Positions 27,080-39,165 of a DNA stretch of 64,000 nucleotides are shown here, piece by piece. Source of the stretch: Massalongia carnosa (taxonomy: Eukaryota); the NCBI GenBank assembly GCA_965645245.1, contig OZ287087.1, forward strand, positions 372,001 through 436,000. The letters run 5' to 3'. Positions within the stretch are counted from its first letter, which is position 1; every line of letters begins with the position of its first letter. The notes under the pieces are model-generated. The model ran no database searches. It had not been told where the DNA came from and saw nothing but the letters and a program-made list of their open reading frames with translations. Position numbers and translations under genes: made by a program.

Positions 27080-28400
27080 AGGTAGCTTGAACCCTCCCGG
27101 AACTTGTTTCTGGAAAACGCCCTTCGCATCATACTTCCGGCTCGCTGCCTTCAGCCGGCGCACGTTCGCCGCCCCGTAGCTGCCGATAGGGTCCTAGCCT
27201 GGATCCACGTAGTTGATGTACTGAAACTCTCGCAGCAGTCCCATGCCCTTTGCAATGCCATTGGCGTCCCTGAGCATCTTGCCCGCTTTCTGCGCCACCA
27301 GGGCGTCGTCCGTCGTGCTGTTCCAGATGCCCGTCAGCAGCAGCACCACGCCGTTAGTGGCCTGGGGCGAGGTGCCGAGCGAGTTGCCGCCCTTCTTGTC
27401 GCCGTACTGCGTGGTGGCGGTGAGGATGGGCTCCAGGGCAAAGGTGCAAAGGGCGAGGTTCGGGATCGTGGTGGTCGACAGGGTCGCGTTGAAGCTAGCC
27501 GTGATCTTGCCGAGCAGTGAGGCCGAACGCCGTAGGTGGCCGTGTGGAAGATTCATTCCCAGAGCGGCGTGGCGGTCTCGTTTGCAAGTGCGCTGAGCTT
27601 AGTGAGCTTGAGCGCGCTCGTCGTGTTAGGCACGGCCATGAACTCCATGAATGCGGGCGGGTTGGCAGCTAGTTTCGTGTAGGCAGCCGTGGTCGTCACT
27701 TTCCCCCAAGCCGGTGGACGGCAGCCAGGTCAGCCCGGTCACCAACGACGCATATGGGTCATAATGCGGGGTTCCAGCAAGGTTGGCAAAGGCCTTGAAC
27801 ACGGCCTCGCGCTCAGAGAAAGGACTGCTGATGGGCCCCTGCAGGATCTCGCCCTGTAACCCAGGTTTCCAGACGCAAGCACGATCCCAAAGTTGATCAC
27901 GCTATCACACGCCCACCCAACACGCGGATTAAAGTAAGATATTCCACCACCCAACGGCAACCCTCCCACGCCGACAGCTCCGTTCCGGCCGCCAGCAACT
28001 GACAGGTTCAGGGCGTCGAGATACGATTTAGACGTCTAACCATGAGGCTCCTGCGCCAACGTGGTCGACGATATGGTCCTCGCTGACACTCACGGAGTTG
28101 AGCTTTGTCATGTGGATGGTCACGCCGTCGTCGATGTTGGCGAAGCCAGCGGCCGGTGCATGACTCTGGCCCTTGATGGCAAAGATACACTTGTTATCAG
28201 CGGGAAGGATCGAGATAGCCTTGGAGACATCGTGAGCTGAGTCTGGAACGAAGATGCAGGTGGGAGTGAGTGAGCGTTCATGAAGAGACCAATAAGACTG
28301 TTTGGTCGCTTGATATCCGGCGCTTCCTGAGAAAGAGAGCTTTGCGCCAAAGCCAGACGCATGGGCGAGCTGGCTACACTACAAGATGTGCGGAGTTAGA
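27080..28400 (-). pseudogene. FAD-linked oxidase (berberine-bridge/FAD_binding_4-like) relic
   Basis: [81 protein letters not shown]; stops, frameshifts and deletions. Confidence 0.85.
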
Positions 28401-29139
28401 TTCGTGCTCAAGCGCGAAGAGTATGCCAATATGAGCATTGTGGCCATCCGGATGTGTAGAGCGCCACGTGGGGGCCAAAGGAACGAAATGGGCGCAGACG
28501 TACTTACACAGGAACGAACATCCATCTTTCAAGGGTAGAACAGTCTCAGTAAATCCGCAACAATGCTATATAGTCTGACTTAGGCTTCATACGGCTCAAC
28601 CCGCAAGGAGCAAGAGCAGCTGGATAAGCGCAGGATTTAATGCATCGAATTAATGAAGCTAAACAAATGCCGCAAAACGCTTTGCGGCAAGGTCCTGTGC
28701 CTGCTCTGCTCGTGCAGCTGACTCCAGCTTTATAATCAAACATGTTCGAGCTGCTCGAATTCCTCTTTCGCCGTGATTTTGTGCTGTTATGCTTCGAGCT
28801 AACGGATTGAATCGGAGTACGCCTGTAGTCATGGTTTCTTCAGAGTCTTGTCTTGGAAGCGAACGTGTGTAGGCTGTGGATTTTTGCTGGTGCTTATGAT
28901 GACGTTGCTCTCTGGTCGGGACCGCTGATGAAATGTTCCAACATCCGTGCCGCCCTGTAGCATGCGTAGTCAACTAAAGAGCCACTAATCCGGAGGGGCT
29001 TACTGAGGTCCTGAGGCAATATGCTGGACGAATATTGCCGTCACACGTCTGCGGAAAATAGAAGAGATTACTAAAGCGATCCTCGACAGAGCAATCACGT
29101 TTACAAGGACGCTCAAAGCGATGAAATACTTTGTTTTGT

Positions 29140-31500
29140 TTTTATTCTTCTTCGTCCTTATCGTCACACGAAAATTCATATAGATGCCTTTTCATTCGGG
29201 TTGACGTATGTAAAAGTCCGATTCTGATAGAACTTGAATTTATTGCCGAGACAAAAAACGCATTGAGTGGCTTGCACTTCAAAGGAAAGTCTTCCTTGAT
29301 CTCTTTCGACTCCTCCGAAGACCTTCTTGACGGGGTTATCGACTCCATTCATTGGAATCCCAAAGGTAATCGAGAGCGGGTCGACTTTCCTGTCGCGCGC
29401 ACAGTGCGACTCGAGCTTGTAGGATTTCGAGCCTCCGAGAATGCTTCGCATGATCCGTCAAATCGGCGCTCGACTCGCAAACAAATCTGACGACACTGCT
29501 CCGCTCGAAGATATCGTAATGAAGAGACGCCGAAAAATGATCGTCCGCGTCCAACACGATGACGAACGAATTAGCAAACTGAGCGCCTAAACCCCTTGTA
29601 TCGGCGATTCGAAAATGCATCTTACGAGCTTTTTCAAGCATTCAATTTCGCCAATTATTCCTTCGGCTATAAAGAACGTCGTTTACCCATTTCTTTTCCT
29701 GAAGCTGCGAGTCATTTAAAGAAGCAAGACGAACGAATCGATATTTGATCCTAAGCTTCTCTGTCAGCGCCTTACACTTGCTGCTATTCAGCTTTTTCAA
29801 CAGTTCAGACGGCAAATTAGTCGGAGCGTTAAGGTCGATGATTAACGTCATTGTCATGGAATTACCTCGCACCCTCCCACGTTTCCTGATCGGGTTAGTA
29901 TTTAACAGGCTCTCTTGCCGTGAAACCTGCCCTGCATGTTGAATAGAACCGTGGCCCGTTATTCCGAACTATCCTGAAACCTCACCCCATGTGTTCAGAC
30001 GTTCTTCCGCTGCCTTCAGTGCACTCCCAAACTCCTATATCCCGAATCCAATCTCAACGTCTCCACTATCCAAGCCTACGACTGGGATTGCCCAGCAGAG
30101 AGAGTTTGCTTCGGCATGGAGAAAGGCGGAACAGGTCAAAGCGATCATGGTTAGGAAATTAGAACAGGAACAGAGATGAGGGCAAGTCAAGAATAGGGGA
30201 GTTGGAAGCCATGGCTATAAAACCTATGTGGTTTCTCAGGTGTTTGGAGCTCTTCGTCGGACGTCTTGTATACTATCCCTAGACCTAGCTTTCTAAATAG
30301 TAACTCTTGTATATCTCCCTATCTGGACCTTGTCCGTGACAGTCATGAGCCTAGTTAACTTTTGAATGACGTCGACGGAGGGACGACCAAGGAAGGTCGC
30401 GACGGTGTGGAATCGGACCTTTCGATCGGGGTAGTAGCGGACCGCGTTCGACTGATGATCGAAGATCTAATTCCGTATCGACGGCGGCGCTTTATCCACG
30501 AATGCCTATAGTCAGTTTTCGCATGGGATGAAAGACAAGCATGGGACAACGATGGAATAACTATTGACAGCATTGATCAAGCCCCGTCGTGCACAGTACT
30601 GAGTGAACGGCTTCTCCAATCTAGAATTACGTTCGAGTCGAATTGAATGGCGAAGCCAGGTCTTAAAACGTAACGACCTCGTGGGGGATGTGCGATACTC
30701 ATCCGCGGCGCGAGTTCCCGGAAGACTGAAATATTCATAGAGCTAGATTTGATCGGCAACTGCAAGCATTTCTGACCCGGAGAAATCGCGGCTCGGAAGA
30801 CGTTGCTAGCATCCCTTAACGATTTGAAGGCGAACACGTCATCATAAAGGGCGAGGGAAAGGAGGTGATCGAGGAGACAGAACAGAGGATTATCCGCTCG
30901 CTCGACGACAAATGTCTTCCTATACAAGGATGAGTCAACAGACAGTATTGGAGAGGTGAGGCAGAGCCTACTCTCGGGGGCAGTTATCCTTACCCTTCGT
31001 GCGAACGATCGTCATTTTGGCAAAGAGGAGGTTAGGCTCCCCAAGGGTGGAGCTGCGGGCGACGATAAAGGTGACATGTCTCCAGAGCAGGGACCCGGTT
31101 TCGTCGAGGCCCGCATCGACGTCATCGTCGGTGACGCTGTCGCTGTCGTTGTCGCTGTCCGCCGTCATGATCGACATCAAATCCAGAGTAGACGGGCGTC
31201 GTTTGCTTATCGTCCGAGACCACCGGCTTGACTCGTATCCTCAGATTTTTGTGATGATCTTCCTGTCACCCAAAGGTCAAAAGGGGGTGGGCGGGCTTGC
31301 CAGCATGGTCATCATCCTCAAGCTTAATCCTAGTGTCAAACATAGAGACTGGTCGGTAGTCGAAGTACGAAGCCATGAGTATACCCGTCGCCACGTAATT
31401 ACGTTGCTGCTCATCTCAGTATATACTCTCGGCGTAGACCTAATGATAGAAGATGATGTGGAACAAATCGTCGACACTACTAAATCCACGATATTATCAA
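29140..31500 (-). pseudogene. DUF3435 tyrosine recombinase (Starship 'captain'-like), degraded and interrupted by a solo LTR
   Basis: Minus-strand translation gives DDLFHIIFYH*VY..DEQQRNYVATGILMASYFDYRP (about 31350-31480), LLWRHVTF..RTKG, DNPLFCLLDHLLSLALYDDVF, PFTQYCARRGLINAVN (about 30563-30610), RN*IFDHQSNAVRYY..TFLGRPS..LMT|LIIDLNAPTNLP (rejoined across the LTR), C-terminal TQCVFCLGN. Confidence 0.85.
29852..30341. mobile_element. Solo LTR (family S1) inserted in captain gene
   Basis: TGTCATGG...CCGTGACA; TSD GTCAT (29847-29851, 30342-30346); about 5 differences from 6478-6966. Confidence 0.95.
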
Positions 31501-31963
31501 TCGTTGTTTACGTTATTAAATTTATCAACTCTTAAACAATCGTCGAAAACTCGCGAGTTGATGATTATATAGACCATCAACGCAAAGGATTCAACTCGAG
31601 AAAAGTCAAGTTTGTGATATGCTAGTTATTGTGTATTACGTATATATGTTCTGATCCAGCGAATCTTTTGAACATCGAATCTGTATTATGAAAGAGACAT
31701 GATCGCGGGATTAGAAAGCGAAAGAGAGCATTGAAACCCGTTCCATGCGGGAGAGGAAACAGGAACAGAAGCTTGAGAAGGGAGGAATAGGAGAGCAGCG
31801 GAACGCGAGATGCTTGAATGGTTAACTAGAGGAGCACTCAAGATGGAATAACGCGGAATGACATTGATGTCAGCTCACTCAGATGACGTCGCAATTGATG
31901 TCTATAGAACTCGGCTATGACTGCTGCTTGTCATTTTTATCGCAGTCGCAGATGATAACATCC

Positions 31964-32730
31964 TCACACGACGTTCGAATGTTTCCGTTTTGAGTGAGCA
32001 CTCCTACTTATCGGCTCTTTCTCCAGTTCATCCAGCCTCTTGCGGAGTTCCGACACCGTCGCTTCAAACTTTCGCAATTTCATTTCATACACGTCTTCGG
32101 CCATGGTGATGATGTGACGGAGGTGTATTTCCGTCGAAACCCTCAGCCTCACGTTGTCGGAGCGGAGCAGTTGTAAGACATTTGTGCTCAGGTTCGTCTC
32201 GTCATCAAGTTTGAGCGGGACACCATGGAACCGCCGAGGTGTGGGCGATGCGTCCGGGGATTGAAGGGTCGTTGATCGAGAAGTGGCGTTGTTGTCCACG
32301 AACAGTCGGTTGCCGGTTTCAGGAGTTGGCAAAGTTACCGTGTTCGTTGGCCTCTCGAGAGCAGGCGGACCTGCCGTTGCCTGCTTCGGTGCTCCGATCG
32401 GTGGCTCATTGGCGCCAAGCTCGTTCCTGGTCGGAGTCTGAGGAGCTTGTGAAGAGTGTGAAGCGTTATAATCTCTGGCGGCAACCTCATCCCTTTCCCA
32501 TAGAAAGAATCGACACTGTTCGGGCGCAGTCTGTTGACATCGCAAAACTAATTCGCATAGGTCAGTGGCCGCGTATGGCGACGAAGCATGATCAACATAC
32601 ATTTCTGGCCCTTGGAAGCATCGATCTTGGACGTCAGCCATCTCGGTGGCAGGCCGCAGCCACAGACCCATCCTTTGTCGGTGTAGTGCCCGTCTTCGAA
32701 CCATGGGATTTGGGAAATATCGGCAGCCAT
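31964..32730 (-). CDS. GRF-type zinc-finger protein (about 237 aa) with C-terminal coiled coil
   Basis: Intron 32548-32600 gives WVCGCGLP..SKGQKFLRCQQTAPEQCRFFLWE. Confidence 0.8.
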
Positions 32731-33652
32731 GGCGGAATGATAAGAGGTTTTTATTTGGCTTCCAATGGAGGATGAGTGTGTTCGATGAGATGGAGTTCAG
32801 AGAAGCAGTCCTTGAACTGTCAAGCCCTCCGCGCTGGGCAGATAGGCAGGGCGTACCACCTTGCGATACTCGTAGCCTTGTGCGGGGTACTTACATCTTG
32901 TGACCTTTCTCTCAACAAGCAACACACACCGTCTTTACCTTCTTAACCAAAGGTATCACACATCCTGAACGTTCATTGTAAAGGGCCGGGGGCACGGCTG
33001 CAGGGAAACGAAAGAGAGAATGTAAAGAAGTCGGCAAAAGCCGAGTCGAGTCGAATTAGCAGTCGCTGTGAATTCCGCTCTAGTCGTGATCAGTAGCTTG
33101 GCCACCATCTTTATCGTGATTAATACGAAGAAGACCGAGATTGCTATTCTGTAAGGGCTTTCCATCACCGCCTATTATCAAAAACTTTAGAGGCCTAGAG
33201 GCCTACAGTCCGCCATAAGATAGGCTTCGGCAGCAACGTCTCGTAAACACTAATTACGATTCAGAGTACAAACTGATATCGTCTAGATGGGAACCACGGA
33301 TCCTTGAGCCCAACTGTGAGAGTGATAGCAATTTGCCATGATGCCCACACAATAGGGAAGTATATCTACGACAGCAGGACGGCGAGAAAGAAGCCGGTTT
33401 GCGAAGCCATAGATTGGTAATATCTGAGTCAAACGAAAGATCTTGTTAAACTACGATGATGCTACTGAGTCAGCTACGGAGTGGATCCCTGCTTGTCTAT
33501 ACTCTCGGGGCCGGTTTCACAGTTGCACTGATATGAGCATGCAGTGCTATCGTCGTCATAATATAAAGAGAGATGTTGTCGCGCGGCCCAATTAGTCCGA
33601 ATGCCGGAGAGAGAGAGAGAGACGGTGGAGGTAGTGGATCGAGAACGGTACC

Positions 33653-34987
33653 TTAGTCATCGTCTTCATCGATGACTTTCTCCTCCACCACCTCTCGAAT
33701 AGTCACAGCCATTTCGCGTTCTTTAGCTGCTGATAGCTTTCCTGCAAATGAACTTACAGTCGTGTCGCCTTGCACGATGGGCTCGACATGCAAAATATCC
33801 CCTATCTCAAGCGCAAGCGCACGAATCACGCTCCCGCGCATCCACTGACCCGGTGTTCCCCAGATTTTTCCCATTTGGATTTTTTGGGAATCGTTTTCAC
33901 AGCCGTCCACCATAAACCGACGACGGCGAAAAAGTGTAATTAGACAAAGAAAATAAAGGTTTCGCTTGAGAGGTCGAGCTTCGGTTTTAAACGTCAGTCG
34001 TTTATTGTTAAGATCCCGATAGAGTGGACCGTTCAAGAAGACGTGCATGGACAACAAGGACTCATCTAGCACGACCAACTTCAATTCGTTCATCGATTCG
34101 TCATCGGGCACGATCACAATTCGGCCATCATCTAAATGCCCCTCGATGCTCGAATATAGAATGAGCCCGTTCTTGAAATCCCAGATGGCTTTCCAGCCTT
34201 CGTCCAAAGGCAATCCGAAAATATAGGAGGCGTTAAACTCTCCAATGCCATATGGCACAATGTGTGCCACTGTCGTGTGAGCTTGTTCATGCCAGGCGTT
34301 GGTAACGGGACACCACATCAACGGCAACGGCAGATTCGTCTTCGGTGCGTCGTATTCGGGTGAACCCTTCTTCGGGGTAGAGGCATTGCGTACCAGATTT
34401 CGGAACTGTTCCTGGTCGTTGTTATTGCGAGCTCCCGGCTTCTTGAACTTGGCCCCGGCAGGCTCGGGGAGACGATCCACCAATGCCCCCAGGTAAGCCT
34501 CTCCGATGCGCGCATGTGTAGGATGGGAGAGAATTCCATATTCGAGTTTCACGCGATTTCGGGCCAAAGCTGCCCGTTCTTGGAGCAGAATGGCGTCGAG
34601 CTCTTCGATGCCGCTAAGAAGTCGTTTCATCGTCGGCTTGTCTATGGATTTGGTTTCGTTGAGCTTCCTCAACACATTTCGGCAAGATTTGTGATGCATC
34701 GCTAAATCTTCCAACAGCGGCTCTCGATTTGCGACATACTCTTTGGCGCGGCTTGGGCTAAATGACTCAAGAAGCAACTGCGATGAAGCGGACGCGGTTC
34801 GTATTCTCTCATTCAAACGATCCCTCTCATCCGCCATTTCGCTGCTTAGATGGCGAAACCCAGGTTCAGGGGATGTTGAGAAGCGTTCTAACGGGTCTAC
34901 AAGGGCCATCGTGAGGCTCTCTCGCTGTTTGCGGCGTTTCTCAAGTCTATTACCGGCGGAGCTTCCTTTCACGGTCGGTGAATCCAT
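33653..34987 (-). CDS. Fungal HNH-family endonuclease domain protein (444 aa)
   Basis: N-terminal coiled coil; FRNLV, WCPVT, AHIVPY, NGLIL..IE..LDDGRIVIVP, DLNNKRLTF..RP..LYF. Confidence 0.8.
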   Translation of the reverse strand: MDSPTVKGSSAGNRLEKRRKQRESLTMALVDPLERFSTSPEPGFRHLSSEMADERDRLNERIRTASASSQLLLESFSPSRAKEYVANREPLLEDLAMHHKSCRNVLRKLNETKSIDKPTMKRLLSGIEELDAILLQERAALARNRVKLEYGILSHPTHARIGEAYLGALVDRLPEPAGAKFKKPGARNNNDQEQFRNLVRNASTPKKGSPEYDAPKTNLPLPLMWCPVTNAWHEQAHTTVAHIVPYGIGEFNASYIFGLPLDEGWKAIWDFKNGLILYSSIEGHLDDGRIVIVPDDESMNELKLVVLDESLLSMHVFLNGPLYRDLNNKRLTFKTEARPLKRNLYFLCLITLFRRRRFMVDGCENDSQKIQMGKIWGTPGQWMRGSVIRALALEIGDILHVEPIVQGDTTVSSFAGKLSAAKEREMAVTIREVVEEKVIDEDDD

Positions 34988-36334
34988 CTCTGAATTTCTT
35001 AATAAGAAGCTGAGAAAATAATAGAAGTTGAAAAGAAGAAAAAAGAATTCAAGAGGTTTATTTGTGAGATTTTCGTCTCAGTATAACCAACAATGAGAAG
35101 CCCAAGAGTTGTTTGCAGACGAAAGCTTTCTACTTCTACGTGAAAAAAATGATCGTTTCGTAAAAGGAGTGCAAGAAGATCTAATACTTGCCTCAATTCA
35201 AATATGATTAGAATCGGTTCGATTCCTGTTAACGTTGACCTATTGAGAGGATGGAAGTTTAGCTCTCTCTAGTTATCATGACCAATAGTGCCGAAGTCTA
35301 ATTATTTTGATCTCATGTGATGCGTGCCTTAGATTGTTCTAGTTGGAAAAACAAAAGTCATAACACATGCTACGCAGAAATATCCTTCTGTGATTCGTCA
35401 AAAAAACAATACTCTTAAAACCCAGTAAAGAATTGACACATGACGAGAATTTTAATCAGCAATCTCATTTAAAGCTTAAGGATTAGTTTCCGAAAAATTG
35501 ATATTATGTGAATGTTTGCAACGGTTCAATCAGACTCTATCTACTGGATACCTACCTATTCATGAAGAATCTCAAAGACGCAGTTGTAGGTGAAGATATA
35601 CACCAGGTATGACTAAACATAACACTTCCCTAAGTAATCAGGTTCTGTATCTGTGTCCTATACAGTCATGCTTTAACTGTGTTCTGCTTAACCTTCGGTC
35701 TATGGTTCGCAGAGTCGCAATCACGCTTCGAGGACCGAGGTAAGTATACCATGCTCGACGGTCAGGATAGTCAGGTATCTAGAAGGTCAGGAGGATAGAA
35801 AGATAGGAAGTAAGATAAAAATGATCGAACTGTAGCTCTTGTTTTTTTAATTTTTATTAAAAGTTTTTAAAAACATTCTATGCTAAATGACGGTTGATTT
35901 GTAAAGTGTCGCTTAGATGACGTTAAGCCTTGGTCATTGAATTTGTCGAATGTTCTAGATTGCTTTATAGTCAATGCGATCATCTGCAATTGGAGTTTTT
36001 TGTAAAACTATTTTTAGTATTAAAAATCGCAGACTGCGAAGACAGATTTAATTTATGTGTCAACATGACGAGTTCTGATATAAAACTCCCTTCTATGACC
36101 CTTATCGGTGCCGTTACCTTCGCTTGCGCTTGGGGGGGCTTTTAATTGGATGAATTGATTTGAATGCTTGAATTTGATTGGGCATGGGAACGACACAGGT
36201 CAGCCCGGGCAGGCCTAGGCACGTGACTCGGGGTCGGTGCTGAGGTGAGAACCTCATCTTCTAGGCCCGAGGCGTCTGCTGACGCTCAACGATCCGATAG
36301 ATGATGCCCGACGGCAGTGCCCGACGGCGATGAT

Positions 36335-37498
36335 CTAGATGGAGGTGCCCGGCGGCGCTCCGGATCGATGCCCTGGTTGACCTGTACGCCCAATGGAATG
36401 CCCAATTGAGTAGGGGTAGGAGTTTGTAGGATTCGTCTCGGCGACGACAGCACGTGGGACTGCCAGAGGGATGCCTTTTTGAAAACTGAGGTTCAAATTG
36501 AATAGTGAGGCCTGGGACGTCTGAAAGTATAGCTGAAACGCGTTTGATGACCATCTTCCGAGTCTCTGAATACTCTCATCCAGCATCCCGTGGTCGGCGG
36601 CGTGTTGTGCTGCTCCTTTTCTGAAGCTGTGTCCCGAGTATGCCGAGTCGTTGATGCCGGCGGCTATCAGTCTCTTTTTCAGGGATGCTATGACGGAGGC
36701 TCTGGTGAATGCGGTGCCGAGACGAAAAAGCGGGGATGTAGATGGCTGAGGATCATTTCTGAAAAGACGCCGTAGTGCTGTCACGGGGCAAGTGCTCTCA
36801 TTGGTCGCTGCCAGCACTATCTGAACTCCTGAGTGATTTGTGTCTGTTTTGCTTCTTTTGAGACGTAATGTCGCGTATTGATCGTTCTCGGCGAATGAGA
36901 TGTCACCTCGTGTAGGTTTCAATCTCTGAAAAGATGTCTTCTTACGATCGGCGACAGTGTAGGTGATTTCCCCGAGTCTGAGGAACCCTGCCCATGCAAC
37001 TTTGAATGTCGCGTCGATGTTGAGGTCTTCGGCCGAATGAGCGGGAATACTGGTGATTTTTGTCAGTAATTCTTTTGAAATGGGTAGGCGTCTTCTTTTT
37101 GTCTGAGAAAAGATCCTTTTCCCCCTTTTCAGCATCAATTGAAGTCTCGGCCCCTCGAATGGGGTGAGGCCGTATCCTCGGTCTACATGGTATGATCTGA
37201 GGCCGGCGAGGTAGCTCGCTGCCGTCTCTGGTTTTATCTTTCCCTGCTTGGGTGTGCCGCCCCCGTATAGTCGACCGGCTAGCCATTCCTCGAGGGACTC
37301 GGTTGTTGCAGGCCACGACGTGCGTCCCGTCGTCGCGCAGAATGCCTCGTATGAGTCGATCGCCGTCCCGTACCCTTTTCTCGTGTCCGCCGAGTGTCCG
37401 TGCCAGACGAGGCGTTTTACCAGGGCTGACCCTGGTGTGGAGGATAGGTAGGTGGAGGGAGGTTCATCGAATTGTATGGGTTCTGCCAATGAGGGCAA
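36335..37498 (-). CDS. Tyrosine recombinase of YR retrotransposon
   Basis: Catalytic set intact: FLRLGE, RSKTD, CPV, GHSFRKG, LGRWSS, QLY; ORF begins at TTG and overlaps pol by 82 nt. Confidence 0.93.
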   Translation of the reverse strand: MPSLAEPIQFDEPPSTYLSSTPGSALVKRLVWHGHSADTRKGYGTAIDSYEAFCATTGRTSWPATTESLEEWLAGRLYGGGTPKQGKIKPETAASYLAGLRSYHVDRGYGLTPFEGPRLQLMLKRGKRIFSQTKRRRLPISKELLTKITSIPAHSAEDLNIDATFKVAWAGFLRLGEITYTVADRKKTSFQRLKPTRGDISFAENDQYATLRLKRSKTDTNHSGVQIVLAATNESTCPVTALRRLFRNDPQPSTSPLFRLGTAFTRASVIASLKKRLIAAGINDSAYSGHSFRKGAAQHAADHGMLDESIQRLGRWSSNAFQLYFQTSQASLFNLNLSFQKGIPLAVPRAVVAETNPTNSYPYSIGHSIGRTGQPGHRSGAPPGTSI

Positions 37499-39120
37499 AA
37501 GTTAGCCAATCTTTCATCATCAAAACGTGACAGGGCATCTGCTAGTCCATTGGAAGTGCCACTGATCCATTGACAACGTAGTACGATGTCCCACTTTGCA
37601 GCTATGGACAGTATTTCTCGTAGAGGCGCGTTGGCCGGTCCCTTGAGGGTTAGATTCGTGAATCCTGTGTATGCTGTGTTGCTGTCGGTAAAGACAAGGA
37701 TCTGTCGATGTCGCCATGTCGGCGCCCATTTCTGAAGGATTAGAAGGATAGCCTCGACTTCTCGGACGTTTATGCTCGGTGATTCTTCCTGATTGAGGAC
37801 TAGGACTCGGGCCCTACATGCGTTTTTTTGATTCACGAGCTCGTTGTCTTGTTGAAAATAGCCTCCGAGACCCGTGAGGCATGCATCCGTATGCACCTTG
37901 ATCGTGTCTCGTATTGACGTCTCGAAGAAGACAATACCGTTGAAGTGCACTAAAAGTTTGTTCCACCAGATGAGATCCTGTCTGACCCATGTGGGAATTC
38001 TTCTTTTGACCCGACGATGACTGCCCGAGGGAAATGAGGCTATAAAATTCCAGAATAATCGTAAGAAGACTCGGCCCAATTTGACTGCCTGTGCGCAGAA
38101 GCTTAGGAAGCCCGCTATTGACTGCATGTCGCCGAGGCTGATTGTCGTCTCGTTTAGTGCCTTTGTAGTGATGATTCTCGCTTTTTCCAGCTTGTCCGCT
38201 GGCAGACGAATAAGACTGTTGATGGTGTCGACCTCGAGTCCGAAGACTGTCGCTGTCGTTCTCTCGGCGTCTTTTGAGTCGTTTCTCGGGATGCCGAGAA
38301 TGTCGGTGAGAATGTTGTAGGCTTTTGTTTCTTGGTGGAATCGTTCTGACGATGTCTCGGATGGGAAAATTGCAACGAAGTCGTCTAGATAGTGATGTAA
38401 TCTCCATTGTAGAAAGGATTCCAAAATCCAATGAAAGCCTTCCGCAAAAAGATTGAAGATGAACGGGGCCGTCGACAGTCCGAACGAAAGGCATGTCTCG
38501 GTGTAGAATTCGTCATTCCATCCGAAACCCAGAAGCCATTGATGATGAGGTGCGACGGGAACGTTTCGAAAGGCGTCTTTGACGTCTCTTTTCACTATGA
38601 CAGCACCTTTGCCCGCTGACAGAATCAATTGAATAATGTCGTCGAGTCTGGCGTATTGTAATTTGGATGCCTCTTCTGGAATGTTGTCGTTGACTGATGT
38701 TTGATTGGGATGAGACAGATGATGAATGCGTCGCCATCCTCCGTCATGTTTCGGGACCAAGCCGAGGGGGGAGGCCACAAATGGCTGACTCGGGGCGGCT
38801 ATTCGTCTGACTCGGCCCTTCCTGAGGTCCTCTTGAAGCTTATTCTCGATCGTTTCCGGGTCCTCATTCGCTGATGTCAGATTTTTTTCGATCCGAAGGA
38901 TGTCTGTGGGGCCTTCGTATCCGATTTGTACTCCGAAACGAAGGATCATGGGCAGATGGACTCGGACGGGGCCCGGATACTCTTGAAGTAGGGTTGCCCA
39001 TGCGGACGGTACGAGGGGAGATGGGCTGTCTTTCAAACGCTGACGAGATGCGTCTACGAGTTGAAACGAAGGGATTGTATTTGGTCTGATTGGTGCAGGT
39101 AAGCAGGGATGGGACGTCAT
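37417..39120 (-). CDS. Reverse transcriptase/RNase H (DIRS type)
   Basis: SPLGLVPK, RRIHHLS, DVKDAFR, LSFGLSTAPFIF, YLDD, HTDAC, TDS, ADALSR. Confidence 0.95.
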   Translation of the reverse strand: MTSHPCLPAPIRPNTIPSFQLVDASRQRLKDSPSPLVPSAWATLLQEYPGPVRVHLPMILRFGVQIGYEGPTDILRIEKNLTSANEDPETIENKLQEDLRKGRVRRIAAPSQPFVASPLGLVPKHDGGWRRIHHLSHPNQTSVNDNIPEEASKLQYARLDDIIQLILSAGKGAVIVKRDVKDAFRNVPVAPHHQWLLGFGWNDEFYTETCLSFGLSTAPFIFNLFAEGFHWILESFLQWRLHHYLDDFVAIFPSETSSERFHQETKAYNILTDILGIPRNDSKDAERTTATVFGLEVDTINSLIRLPADKLEKARIITTKALNETTISLGDMQSIAGFLSFCAQAVKLGRVFLRLFWNFIASFPSGSHRRVKRRIPTWVRQDLIWWNKLLVHFNGIVFFETSIRDTIKVHTDACLTGLGGYFQQDNELVNQKNACRARVLVLNQEESPSINVREVEAILLILQKWAPTWRHRQILVFTDSNTAYTGFTNLTLKGPANAPLREILSIAAKWDIVLRCQWISGTSNGLADALSRFDDERLANFCPHWQNPYNSMNLPPPTYPPHQGQPW

Positions 39121-39165
39121 GAATTCAGCTATTGAAGCTATTCTACTGCCTCCTGCACCAACCCC

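Noticed and set aside
30342..30354. PBS-like GTCATGAGCC after S1 LTR
   Set aside because: It is the TSD plus captain coding sequence
31500..32000. Starship boundary repeat or 5S rDNA target
   Set aside because: No recognisable 5S sequence or direct repeat can be assigned without an empty-site comparison
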